Source of the DNA: the human T2T-CHM13v2.0 reference genome, Homo sapiens | Length of the DNA stretch: 64,000 nucleotides | NCBI RefSeq assembly: GCF_009914755.1 | Contig: NC_060945.1 | Strand: one strand, 5' to 3' | The notes under the pieces: model-generated | Told to the model about the DNA's origin: nothing | The model's database searches: none | What the model saw: the letters and a program-made list of their open reading frames with translations, nothing else | Shown: in pieces, positions 44,900-57,557 of the stretch | Position numbering within the stretch: the stretch's first letter is position 1 | How the letters are laid out: every line of letters starts with the position of its first letter | Translations under genes and position numbers: made by a program

Positions 44900-46420
44900 G
44901 AGAAGAGTTGTTTCTGGGGTGACGTGGGAGCCTGTGTGCCAGGGCACTGGCCCGCAAGGGTAAGAACCCGGCGGGCTCCCGCAGCCTAACAGGGAGCTGC
45001 CTCTGTCACGTGCCTGCGAGGTGGGACACAAGTTGGCTTACAAGTTGGTTCGACATAGCCAAATCCGCGTGCCGCATTTCCACGCTATGGAGTGCTAGTC
45101 TTCATGATTGTGCCCCTTGACATGACACAATAGGAATAGAAGCCGGGAGGCCAAGCAAAGGCCCTCTTTGGGGGTGGGGGCGCGGCGGCATGTGACCCTC
45201 GCCGCCTGTGGGGAAGACCTGCCTTGAGGACAGAGCGCCAGGGGTGCAGAGGCCGCCTGGGACTGCCCGGAGGCCGGTGGGGAGCGCGCCAGCGAAAGCC
45301 CGTGCGCCCTCGGAGCCGGGGAAGGCGCGGGCCATGACCCGGGTTCGCCCGCAGAGGCCGGGCAGTGCCGCAAGGCGTGGGGGCGCCCCCGCCCGGTGGC
45401 CCCGGGGCTGGTGCGACCCTGGGCACGCCGGGGCCGGGGCCGGAGCCGGGGGTCGCGGCGGCCGGGGAGGGGGAGGAGCCGCGCGGCTCCGCCGGCGCCC
45501 CGCGGGCCAGGGAAAGTGAAAGGGCGGCGGGGCCTCCCGCGCGCCGCTCCAGGAAGTCGCGAGCAGGAAGCGCCCGCGGCGGCCGGGCCGGGCTGGGCTG
45601 CGGAGCGCGGGCCTCGGCGGCGCAGGTGAGGCGCGGGGCCGGGGCCGGACCGGGAGGCGGGGACCCCCCGCCCCACCGCCCGCACCTGCGGGGCAGCCGG
45701 CGCTCAGGCGCCGCAGCCGCTCAGCACCTGCGGCGCCCTCAGGGAGCCGGGCGCGGGGCCCTGCGCACTCGGAGCTCGGCTCCTCTCCTTCCTTTTCTTT
45801 TTTTTCGGGGGGAGGTGGGGGCTGGTTTGGATGTTTTCCGAGAGCCGGGGACGGTCTCAAGCTATTTTCGCGGAGGGAAGTCTTTGAAATACGACATCTA
45901 GAAGAGTGGCCCTCGGCGACAATGCCGGGCGTTCCCGGACCGGGGCAACGCTGGGATTCCGGGGAAGTGGAGGCAGAGGGAGCGGGCACGGGGCCGGCAG
46001 CCGCTCCACGGAGTCCCCGGCAGGGGCGAGCTTAGCTGTCCAGCCGGGTCCCCTGCCCACCCCGGCCCGGGCCGCGGTGACAGCTGAGGGTCCAGAGAGC
46101 CGGCAGGAGGGGACCCTGCGCATTGTCTGCCGCGATGGGGACGTGGGCGTGCCCGCGGAATTCACCTCCTCCGGGGACCAGCCGCCCAGGGAGGAGCCGG
46201 CACAGAACGCTGGCTCGGAGCGCCGGCACCCTGGGCCTTTGCGTTGTTTGTCGGCTGAGCAGCTGGTTCCCGGAGCCCGTGGGCCTCCTGGCCAATGCGA
46301 GTGACAGCGACCTTCTGGGTTTATAATAAAGGGCTTGACGCGCCGGAAAGTCCCCTCGCCGCTGGCCACCAGCCTTCCAGCCCTTACGGCCCACGCCGTA
46401 ATCCTGGTGACCGAGAAGGT
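44900..46420 (+). promoter_or_regulatory. SLC37A1: SLC37A1 CpG-island promoter with alternative first-exon donors
   Basis: Very high GC and CpG density; donors CAG|GTGAGG at 45626 and AAG|GTACGT at 46419; tandem CAGGAAG ETS cores at 45550 and 45564. Confidence 0.85.
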
Positions 46421-47427
46421 ACGTACAGTCTAAGGATTTGCATTTGAACGAAGGATACTGGCCAAGCCCCTTACCACCCCCACTCCCCGCTAACACCCCA
46501 GCCCGCGGCCCCAGGTTTGAATTTCCAAAGGAGGAATTGCTAAAGCCTGCCCTTTCCGGGTCTCCCTTAGCTCTTTGCCTGGAAGGTGCCTGCCTGCCTG
46601 CCTGCCGGCCCTTGAACTTAAATCGTCTGAAGTTGTGTAAGTGGATAAATATTTTAGACTTCCCCCGTTGTTTTTTTATTAATCCCCTTTGAGAGCAAGC
46701 TTGAAAACACCTGGCCCCAGACCTGTGATTCACCAAGTCATTTTGGAACTGCATTTACACGTTCTGTTTCATGCAGCCCACCTGTGATGTTCTCTTTGTT
46801 GGGGGTTGGAGGCAGGTAAGGGAGGTGGTGCAAATGGAATTCAGGTTCCTTGTACTTCAGCCAAGGGGAAAGAGATAGTGACCATTTTCATTCATCTTTA
46901 ATATGGAAAGCGCCTTTAAAAGCAAAAAGCCATAGAAAGAGCACACTCTGGACAGGAAGTTGTATTCTATCTCGTAATTTAAAAAAAAGAAAAGAAAAAA
47001 TGCATGAAAACTTTTGGAGGAGAATTGCATTTCTCACCCATCTTTGCCTGTAAAGTGAGACCCAGTTAAAAAAAAATGTCATAAAGTAGATTATTTAAAA
47101 TATCTGTGGGGCCGCTTTGATTATGTGTAATGCCACCTCAGCCCTAAAAAGACTGAGGAACCTTACTCCTGCTATTGCTCACTTCCTATCCCCATTATTT
47201 GAGTCTCTGCAGATTACTTGGAACCTTCTAGGCAGCGCAGATCACATGTGGGTGGGTCTGGGAGTGGAGCTTGTGAATGTTTCTTTCCTCAGCTTATTCT
47301 GTTTTACAGTTGCCTAGGGTGGGTTTTTTGAAGAAATAGGTATAAAACCATGTGTCTTTCAGAGTCTGTTTGTTTTTTTAACTTTTAGTTTCAGGGGTAC
47401 ATGTGCAGGTTTTACAGGTTGTAATAA

Positions 47428-47784
<357 letters not shown>

Positions 47785-49977
47785 TGAAACTGGACATTCT
47801 GCCGCTTTTCCTCCCTGGAATGGTAAGTTCCAGGGGGGCCTGTAGAGAGTGACTTTTTAAAAAAGTATCTCTTCTTTTTATGTACTTGGGCAGTGTGCCA
47901 AAAACTGGGTTTAAACCAAGTGATTTGCTCCCATTCTGCTGCCCTTTCTCTGCAGGGGATGGGCAGGAAGAAGAGTGGCTGGAGGGAGGAGGTGGCTCAG
48001 AGAAACAGGACAAACTGGAATCTGCCCCACTTATCCAGCTGACCCAGGCGAGCCGCCTAGCCTCATTTTTCTCCCTTGTGAAAAGAGCGCCCTGCCTCTT
48101 CAGGGTGGTCACGGGGCTCAAATGAGAGCATGTCAGTCATGGTTCGTGCTTCCAGAGGTCTTGACCCACTCAAAATGAAGTGGTCTTTAGTGGTGCTGCA
48201 CAGGCTAGGGAGGAAGGGCCTCATTAGTTGAGCTCTTAACATCCCAAATGTAAAATCACTGTCTTTGCACATCTTAACTGCACTCACTATGAGAATTTAT
48301 AGCACTTTTCTTTCACCCATTTTACAGGGAAAAGAATCCATCATTGTTTTAAAAAGAAATCAAAGAGGTTTTTTTTCCCTTCTTGATTTGTCAGTGCCTT
48401 CTGGGCCTTTGATGTTGTTGTCACAGGTTTTATCAGAGTTGGAGGTTTTTGATTTATTTAGTAGATGGCAATGGAATGTTTCCAGACACGCTGGACATGG
48501 AGAAGCAGCACTTGAGAGGAAGACGTTTGCTTCTGACCATCCGTTTCCAGACACTGTTGAACCAAATTCTTTACTCTGAAGTTGTCATCACAAAGTCATT
48601 TCCCAGAGTAGATCCAGACCCATTCTGGAGCCCACCCATTTTGAGCAAAATATTGCTTAAATCTAGAGGTTTGAGCAGACGTGGTTTTGAAGTATTTGTG
48701 GCTGTTCATTCAACGTGAGTTTCTTGAGCACGTGGTCTGTGCTAGGTTCTGGACAAGGAGATGGAAGTAGGACCTTGCCCTGCAGTCCCGGGCCTTCCTC
48801 TTTTGAATTTACAATGAGGATAATATCAGCTAGTGTTTGTTGCGCATTTACTACGTACCAGGCCACTTATCAAGTGCTTCCCATAGGTTATCTCATTGCA
48901 TGTTTATAACAACATGGATGCTATCATCCCCATTGTTTAGCCTTGAAGGAGAGGGAGCAGAAAGGTTAAGTGACTTGCCTCGGCTTACACAGCCCAGGGT
49001 CAGCCTTGGAAGGAAGAGGTATTGGAGTGGGGTGAATCCCACCTATTCAGGCCCTGTAGGACCTAGGAGAAAGGTGTAGTTCTGGCTGGAGCAGATAGAA
49101 GAGATGAGGGGCGGCTCCTGGGACGAAAGCTCAGCAGGGATTTTGAATCTTTTTGTAAAAGGTGGTATAAGGGAAAAATCCTTGGAGAATGTGCATTTTT
49201 GGAAGCTCACTTTCGAGGGAGGCAAAAGTGAATGTGGGGAACTGATTGGCTTTGGAGGACGCAGTGACTCAGGAATGTCATGAGTTTGACATTGGGATGG
49301 GAGACCAGGCCTGCCTGCTGTGCTGGGCCCCTTCTCAGTTCTCCGGCCTCCCTCCCCATTCCTTCCTATATTGCTCTGCCTTCAGCCCTGACTTCATAAT
49401 CAGGTCATTTTCTGTGACCTCTGAGGTGACCACAGGAGATGAAAAATGAAGAGGCAGACGAGGCAAATTCATTCCTCCTTTGGATTCAAATGGCAAAGTC
49501 ACAATTAAATGATTGGTTTGATCTGCCCTCTTGTCTAGGCCCACATTTCTCTGTCACTACGGTTCAAAGGTGGCCTGGTCCATAGGGGTGGAACTGAGGC
49601 AGTCCAGTGCCCTGGCATGCCTTGATATCTGGGCACATAGCGTGGCTGCTGGACACATACTTGGTTTTGTGAATGGGTTGATCTCTAGATGCCTCCCAGA
49701 TAGAGATGAGTTCCTTGGTTCCTTTTTATCCACCATCAGAACATTATTTGAAATTCATTTCCAGGTTCTCAGAACAAACCGCCTCAAGGGTAGATACTCC
49801 ACCTCATTCCCCCTCTTCCTAGTAACACTCCTGGCGGGGGCCCCTGCTTGTATCAGACGTGCAGCTTTGATCAGGACTGGGTACTGCTACTGTACGTGTG
49901 TGGTTACTTCTGCCAGTAACGCTGAAGGTGTGAATGTCACGACACTGGACTCTGAATGCCTCTCCTCCTCCTTGTAG

Positions 49978-50155
49978 AGAGCAGAGCCACTGCCAGAAGG
50001 AAGGGGACAAGACCCAGCAGGACACCTTCTTTCCACGCTTTCCAGCCTGTGGGAGCGGCAGGGGCAACAGAGAGAGGATCTGGAGCCAGGATTAATGACT
50101 CATTTATGAAGCATCTTATTCTGCGACCGAGGCTCAGTGGTCAGTGGCGACGTAA
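49978..50155 (+). other. SLC37A1: 5' UTR part of the SLC37A1 start-codon exon
   Basis: Pyrimidine tract cctctcctcctccttgtag acceptor ending at 49977; 178 nt to the ATG. Confidence 0.85.
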
Positions 50156-50211
50156 ATGGCTCGACTCCCCGCTGGCATTCGCTTCATCATCTCATTCTCC
50201 AGGGATCAGTG
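50156..50211 (+). CDS. SLC37A1: SLC37A1 first coding exon (MARLPAGIRFIISFSRDQ-W)
   Basis: In-frame TAA immediately before ATGG; donor TG|GTGAGT; recognised SLC37A1 N-terminus. Confidence 0.94.
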
Positions 50212-50794
50212 GTGAGTCCTGGTGGGGCAGGCCCTTGGCATGGAGCTGTGTATAGGTGAGGGCTACTGTGCAGGTAGTTGTGTTGCCCCAGTTTCATTAT
50301 AAAACACATAAAACTTGAATCACTGACCTCACCCATAACCGTTGAATTGCTTTTTGGTGGTGGAAGCCGTGACCCAGAACAGTGCTGAGGTGTCCTTTGT
50401 CCTTGGTACTGGCATTGTCAGATAGTGTTTGGGCTCCCGCGTGGTCTCCAGTGGTTTCTCTAAGAACCATGGTCCCTACAGAAAAATGACCACTGACTAC
50501 CAGCAGGGTTAGCAAATGGCTGTGGTGAAATAAGCACATAACTTATATATAAGTTACACAACTCTGAGATCAGATGAGTGGCCTTGCCGGGGCAGAACTT
50601 TCAGAGAGAAAATGAAATGTTCTGGTGCAGCCCAGAATGCTGCTTTCCGTTCAGAGAGTGCCTCGCCTTGCATATTCTGAGAATCCTTCTCTTAGGTGGC
50701 CTCATTAATTCCATTCTCCTTGAAGGAAACAGTTGACAAGCCCAGAGTCTGAAGCTGGGCTCCCTGGCCTCTAACTTGTCCTGCTGACCTCTTC

Positions 50795-51310
50795 TGGGAG
50801 AGGAAAAACTTTGCTTCTACCCTCGTAGGTTCTGTTTTGGGGGACCTGGGAATTAAACTGACAAAAGACAGACTAGCAAGAGAAAAGACAGATTTCACCA
50901 CTTATGTACGAGAGGTCATAGAAAAGTGTCCCTCAAAGGGGCATTTAGAATTCTGGGCTTATGCACCGTCCGTCCTTCACAGGGGAAGGGGAGTGAGAGA
51001 AAGGTACCTGTGGGCAAACGAATGGCTTTTTGGAAAGACAAGTGGGCCCTCAAGAGAACAGAGAACAGATGGGCGATGTGGTAGTTTTGTGATCATTCCT
51101 GTTTCAGTGCAGTGTGGAGGCTTCTCATCTCCAGTGGTAAGAGTCCTGTTTCCCTGGCCCCTCCTAAGGGACAGGATTTATAGCAGATGGATTCTTTTGA
51201 CTTCTTTTGGGGAACTCTGCTTTTCAGTAGCTAAGAGAATTCAGGAACGCAAATGCCTTCTGCTCAAAATGATTTTGATGCCACAGCGGCAGATTCTGGG
51301 CCCATTCATC
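50795..51310 (-). mobile_element. ERV1 LTR relic (MER31/MER67-like)
   Basis: aattaaactgacaaaagacaga...gcaagagaaaag and ctcaaaatgatttt-atgcca motifs; family by recall. Confidence 0.5.
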
Positions 51311-51519
51311 TCCTCCACGCCAACCCCCTGGCAGCCCCCAGCCCTGTGCAGCTTCTCAGCCCTGCTGGTTGGTGGAGCATCCACAGGGTGTCTCAGGTTT
51401 GATTTGAGGGCATCTGTGTTCTTCAACCAGATTGCTTCTCTTCTTGACTTATTTCATGTCTGCTGTGAGTCTAGCCACAAGTGCCTGAACACTTAGGTTT
51501 TATTTAGTGAATGTCTAGC

Positions 51520-53015
51520 TTCTTCATTTTGTAAGTTTATTTTGATATAATTTCAAACTCACGTAACTTACTAACATCTGTAAGAATGTTCCTGTAGAAC
51601 CGCTGTATGTCAAAGATTAACATTTAGCCTCATCTGCTTCTCTCCCTGCCCCTCCACAGTGTGTGTGTGTGTGTGTGTGTGTGCATGTGTGTAGATGTAT
51701 GTTTGTACACACACACTTTTCTGAACCACTTGAGAGTAAGTTGCAGACATCATACCCTCTTATTTGTAAATACTTCCGTGTGTATTTCCTATGAATAAGA
51801 CATTCTCTTATAAAACCACAGCAAAAAGATCAAAATCAGGAAATTTAACACCGATAAGATACTGTTATCTAACCCACAGTCCATGTTAAAAACGATATCA
51901 AATGTCAAATATCTGTGATAGCATTTCTTCTTCTGTTCAGGATCTAGTTCGGGTTCATACATTGCGTTTAATTATCCTATGGGTCTCGTCTCTTCATCTA
52001 GCACTGTTCCTCGGCCTTTTTTCATCTTTTCTGACCTTGGCTTTTTTTCCTTCTTCTTCTGAGACAATGGCCTTGTTGTGTTTGAAGAGTTCAAGCCACT
52101 TATTTTATAGAATGTGCCACATTTTAACTTTGTTATTTCCTCATCCTCATGATTAGATTCAGATTATGCATTTTTGACAGAAATCCCATAGAAATGAGGC
52201 AGCTTTCTCTTTAATGGAGAAGGAGCTATAGGCATGGGAAGAGGGAGGGGAACTGGAAGGAACTGAGTGAGGTTGGATTGGAATGAAAGTTCTCGGGATA
52301 AACTGGTGATGGTCGATATAGAAATAGAGAAGGGTGTGTGTGTGCGTGTGTGTGGGTGTGTGTGTGTAAAATGCACCCCGCTAGGAGGTCCTGGGAACAG
52401 TAAGAGCACTAAAGTGAGCACACTTTGGTCCGGGATCTTGGTTTCTGCATGGCATCTCCCACTAAAAGGAGCCAGGAGTCCTTGGAGACCTGGCCAATGC
52501 CAGGACTGGGGCAGGGCAAGGAATAGATGAGCCCAGAACATCTTGTGCCAGAAAATAAGGAAGTACTTACAAACAAAGGGACTCTGACTTGTCAAATCTA
52601 GGACAATCTGAGATTTACAATAAATGAGACTCATGAATGATAGCCCATTGAATAGCGTAAGATTCGGCGAGTCCTACTGATATAACTAAAGAAGTAGGAG
52701 AAATGCACGCTCGCCGTACAGTGGAAGCTGGCCGCTAGGTGGAGCGGGGATGTGGAGCCGCTGCAGGGTACCCAGCGCAGGCACAGAACGCCATGGATGC
52801 ACCCCGTGGGGCGGCAGCTTGAGGAACAGGATATCTACATTATCTCAAAGCAGGTTCCCAGAAATTCCATATTCATTACTTAGAGGGAAACGTAGTGGTT
52901 TCACTGAGGAACTATGAGGCAGACAGCACTTTAACCAATGACCAACGTCAGTGTCACTGCCCTCCTGCACCTTCTGACGGGATACTCTGAACAGGACATG
53001 GCATCGCTTCTCTGT
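51520..53015. mobile_element. L1MC/L1MD-like 3' fragments
   Basis: gagagtaagttgcagacatcat and gggaacagtaagagcac...gggatcttggtttct motifs. Confidence 0.6.
51658..51692. repeat. (TG)n microsatellite
   Basis: Directly visible TG run. Confidence 0.9.
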
Positions 53016-53018
53016 CTC

Positions 53019-54114
53019 AGAAAACATAGACAGAATTACAAAATAAAAAAGGATTTTGGGAGGGCTGTTTGGCTTCTGGGGGTTTGAGCCCATCCATGCT
53101 GCAGAGTGAAGCAGAGGATGTCTTTGGACTAATTTCTGCACCAAATCATATCACTCAGTAATTCTCAAAAGTGTTTCTTTATTCCTTATTTGCATGTGAT
53201 TGAGGTAATAACAGTCAAACAAGGAGACAGATATTTTGCATGGAGCCTCTCACCCTAAGCAGGCTGCCATTCACCTGAGAACACGTGGTCTTCCAGAACA
53301 TCTCTGAGGAGGCCCAGAGGGGCACCCCCATCTGGTGCTGTCATTGCTGAGACCTGCTTTTTTGCTAGAAATGTGGGATTTTTCATATTGGTGGAAGCCA
53401 AGCATGCTATAAGTAGTCATAACTGCAAAAAGTAAGCAGAACACTGAGGAGCAGATAGATTAGATCATTTATTTTTTTATTGTATTTGTTTTATATTCAT
53501 AAGTCTAAACATAACACAAAACAAAAATGAAAGGATTATATTAGCCTCCTGGGGCTGCTGTAACATGGTACCACAAGCTGGGTGTCTTGAAACAACAGGA
53601 ATTTACCCTCTCACATCCCTGGAGGTCAGAAGTCCAAAGTCAAAGTGTCAGCAGGGCCACACTTCCTCTGCAGGCTCCGGGGACAGACCCTTCCTTGCCT
53701 CTTCCAGCTCCTGCTGCTGCCGCCGTTCTTGGCTGGTGGCTGCATCACACCAGTCTCTGCCTGTGTGGCCACGTGGCCTCCCTTCCTGTCTCTGAGTCTT
53801 TGCGTGGCCTTCTGGTGAGGACGCCAGTCATTGGAATGAGGGCTCACTCTATCTAATATGACCTCACCTGAGCTAATCATGTCTACATGACCCTATTTCC
53901 AAATAAGGTCACGTTCTGAGGTTTTGGGTGGACATGAAATTATGGGGGATGATATTCAACCCAGTACAAAATGAACAAAAGGAAACATATCATCCAAAAC
54001 ATCTGCTTTATAAATGATAAAGAAAACGTAGATAGAATTACGAAATAAGAAAGGACTTCGGGAGGGCTGTTTGGCTTCTGGGGGTTTGAGCCCATCCATG
54101 CTGCAGAGTGAAGC
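53019..54114. repeat. 94-bp dispersed direct repeat (53019-53112 and 54021-54114)
   Basis: 88/94 identical by hand alignment. Confidence 0.92.
53537..53968 (-). mobile_element. MLT1 (MaLR) LTR
   Basis: ggctgctgtaaca...accctatttccaaataaggtcac...ttcaacccagtaca. Confidence 0.85.
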
Positions 54115-56458
54115 GTCTGCCTACCCAGAGGCCAGGCGTATCGGGGTGACAACCAGCAAGGCAGCGGCCCGAGTGTGGCTGCCGCGGTTTAGCAATAGTC
54201 ACGGGAGCTGAAGTCAGACCTTTCAAAGAGGAAAGTCTAGCCTCCAGCCACTGCGTCCCCCATCCCCAAGCCCCAAGTCCTAAGTACAGAAGATGAAGAA
54301 ATGAGAGAGGAAAGACGAATTTGGAAATAGAAGTAGAGTTGGCCTGACACCAGCTAAATAAATACAGCGTTTTCCTCTTCAGTCTTTAGGGACATTCCAG
54401 TTTGCTGTGTAAATGGACCCTTCACCCAATTCTACAGGATGGCTTCTGTCAGCCTGGCTACACCGTGGCAGTGACTCTTCCCAAAGGGTCTCATTCATTA
54501 AGGTGTCTCCCTCCACACAAGGCTGAACTAAAGGTTCCAGAGGCATGTGCTGCCCCTTGTGTGCTCCTCAGTGTTCTCAGGGCATCTCTAGGCGTGTGCT
54601 GTGAGCACCAGCCGGGAGTCACCCCGCAGAGGAAGGCAGGAGCCCAGAACGCATCACCAGGGCCTGATCACCCAAGCAGCCCTGACCATTGGGAACGCGG
54701 TGTGTGTCGGGGCCTCAGCACTCTTCAGACCTCAGCCCGACAAAGGGAGACAGCCTTCCTTCTGGGCTGTCTGGGTGGAGAGTGGAGATGTGAACCCACA
54801 GCCCATAGGACAGAGCTGCTCTTCTCAAAATCCTTCCTAGCTGGGTGATAACACCTGTAGAACTGGCACTGTGGATGGAGAATCCTCCTGCATGGAGCAG
54901 GAGAGATGGTCCATGGACTTGTCTGAGACTGGGGAGGTGCTGGAGGCAACTTGGCCTGAGAACTTTGTTCACCTGTTTTGAGGAGATTGGAGAAGGAAAC
55001 CCTGTACTCCAGTGAGGGCCGATCAGGGTCACCCATCAGCCTTACTTGCCCTAGTCAGCTCCAGCAGGTGGGGTGGAAGTGACCAGTTTGTCAAGCTGTG
55101 GGCTGGACAAGTGAGCATTGAGGGCCGGTGAAGCCCAGTGGCCTGGAATCTTCCTGCACCAGCAGTCGAAGGCGTGAGAAGCAGTGGTGGCCTAACAGAG
55201 AGCTTCATCCAAAGCGCTGAGACTTTCTTTCCTTGCCAGAAAGGATGGTTTTCAGAAACACGAGGACAGAGGCCGGGGCTTCTGGAGCAAATCCACTGTA
55301 CCCACATAGCCTTTGTTCTTTGGGCTTTGGGATAAATGATAGGCTCGCCTTTTAGGGTTTCGCTTTTTTCCCATTTGGCCCTTGCCATGGGCTTGGAGAG
55401 GAAGAATTGGAGAAAGGCCATTGGAAGATAGTTCCCTGATGAAGAAGAGAGCACTGGGGAATTTCTGTCTTCAGTCAGCAGGTATTCTGCGAGTTGGTTT
55501 GGTTTGGTTCCTTCCCCAAAGGCACAGGCATTCCAAAGGTTGTAGTTTTGTGTCACACGGAGCCACCAACCTTTCTTTCCCACCTGAAATATGGCCTTTT
55601 TTTTTTTTAAGAAAAATCTGGAAATATTTATTTGACCCCTACTTTAGCTGGTGACCAGAGAAGAAGGCAGCTCTGGGATCCTAGGATTTTAGTTACTTGT
55701 GGAAAGCTTCCCTCGGAGTAAATCACAACATTAAAAATGTAGATGCGCAGCTGGGAGAAGCAACCCCTTATCCCAGGGACTCTCGGAAACGCTGCCTTTC
55801 TTTGTCCTGTGTAGGACGCCACCTTAGGTAATTATTGATTCAGGTTGTTGGTGGCGCCATTTGAAGTCTCTTCCCAGGCCACAAGCAGGACAGGTTCTCC
55901 AGGGTAGGGAGATGTGCCTAGGACACAGAAGAGCTGCCCCTCGCCTTCCACTCCTGTCAAATACTTCTTTCTCCCAACCCATTTTGTTGCCCCAAAAAGT
56001 ATTTTTCTATGCGGTGGTTGAGACTCTTAGACTGGAGTTGCCCTTTGTCTTCTTTCTAAGGCACCTTCTTTTCTTCTTTCTTCCTCACACTCATGCTGAC
56101 TCTTTCGGCTGCTTTTCTCCCAGCCAAACTGAGCGAGGGGCTTTGTACCAGTGTTTCTGTCACTGGCCTATTGAGAGCCTGCCAGCGTCACTGCCTTTTT
56201 CTCTTTGAGGGCCGTGAAATATTTATATGTCTGCCTTGCTTGTGTGCTTCTGAAAAGTTGCATAGAAACCAAAGAGCCAAAAATAAATATGATCTTAATT
56301 GCCCAGGATAGCAGGCTACGCCAGAAACTTGTGGTTAGTTTTGTTGTAAACTAAACATTTCATCGTGCTTGTTCTGCTTTGTAAACTCAAGTGTGCATCT
56401 CGAGTCCCAGGTTTCCCTTTGGTTACGGTTTCTTTAAATAGATGAATGCTTTTGATAT

Positions 56459-57272
56459 TGTGACGTAATAATAAGAAACATGCTTTTGGTCTCTGGCCCT
56501 GGTTCTGGGCACACAGCTCCTACAACCTTTAGTGCTGAGTGTCTTTTTGTTTGCTAATGAGGTGACTGTGGCGGGCCCCAGGACAACCTCCTGGGGGACT
56601 GGTTGCCAGGGCAACCGACCACGTGATTAGAGGTTGGGACTCCACCCGTGGACCTCTGGGGAGGGGAGGGAGCCCGCAGAGGTGGAGTGGATCACCAGTG
56701 GCCGGTGTTCTGCTCGATCGTGCCTGTGTAATGAGGCCTCCACAGACTCCCTCAACGACAGCGTTTGGGGGCTTGCAGGCTGCTGAGCACGGGGAGGTTC
56801 CCGGAGGGTGGAGCCCTGGCGAGGGCACAGCAGCTCCGAGCTCCCTGCCCCATACCTCGCCCTGTGCATCTCTTCATCTGTATGTATTCTTTGTAACATC
56901 GTTTATAATAAAGCAGTAAATGTGTTTCCCTGAGTTCTACGAGCTGCTCTGGCAAATTAATCGAACCTGAGAAGGGGTTCTTGGGAACCACCCTGAGAGC
57001 CAGTTGGTCAGAGGAGCAGGTCACAACCTGGGGCTTGTTGCCATTGGCATGTGAAGCGGGGCAGCCTCGGCCGGAGCCCCGCCCTGTGGGGGCTGATGCT
57101 GACTCCTGGAAGACAGTGTGAGAATTGAATTCACTTAGAGGACATCCAGTGTCAGCTGGAGAATTGCTTGGTATATGGGGAAAACCCCTACACACGTAGT
57201 GTTAGAAGTATGGTATGTTGTGTGTTGTGCATGAGGGTAGGAAAAGCAGTCTGGTTTTTCCTGTCTCTTACA
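56459..57272 (+). mobile_element. MER21-family LTR
   Basis: TG...CA ends; homologous to 22353-23110. Confidence 0.75.
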
Positions 57273-57475
57273 GTGTTCAGTTTCCATTTGGATAAAGCAA
57301 ACGTGGCAATATTTTTTAATGTTCCAATATTATAGTGACATAAGTAATATTGATAATGGCTGTAGAACTGAATGAATAATACACAGCATAAGAACGTTTC
57401 AGAACACAGTGATATGTATTCCTAACATAACTTCTGTTATTTCATATCATCCTCTCCCACTGTTTTGTGTTTCAG

Positions 57476-57557
57476 GTACAGAGCCTTCATTTTTATTTTG
57501 ACATTTCTGCTGTATGCAAGTTTTCACTTATCTCGAAAGCCTATCAGCATAGTTAAG
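57476..57557 (+). CDS. SLC37A1: SLC37A1 second coding exon (W-YRAFIFILTFLLYASFHLSRKPISIVK), first TM helix; gene continues beyond the window
   Basis: ttttgtgtttcag acceptor, AAG|GTAAGA donor, 82 nt, frame fits; hydrophobic helix plus SRKP-like motif typical of SLC37/GlpT family. Confidence 0.94.

Noticed and set aside
45085-46754. Long overlapping ORFs (up to 295 aa) on both strands
   Set aside because: They lie in a CpG island where stop codons are rare; Pro/Arg/Gly/Ala-biased with no recognisable domain
50837-51496. 219-aa ORF
   Set aside because: Starts at TTG within an LTR relic; no gag/pol/env or other recognisable similarity
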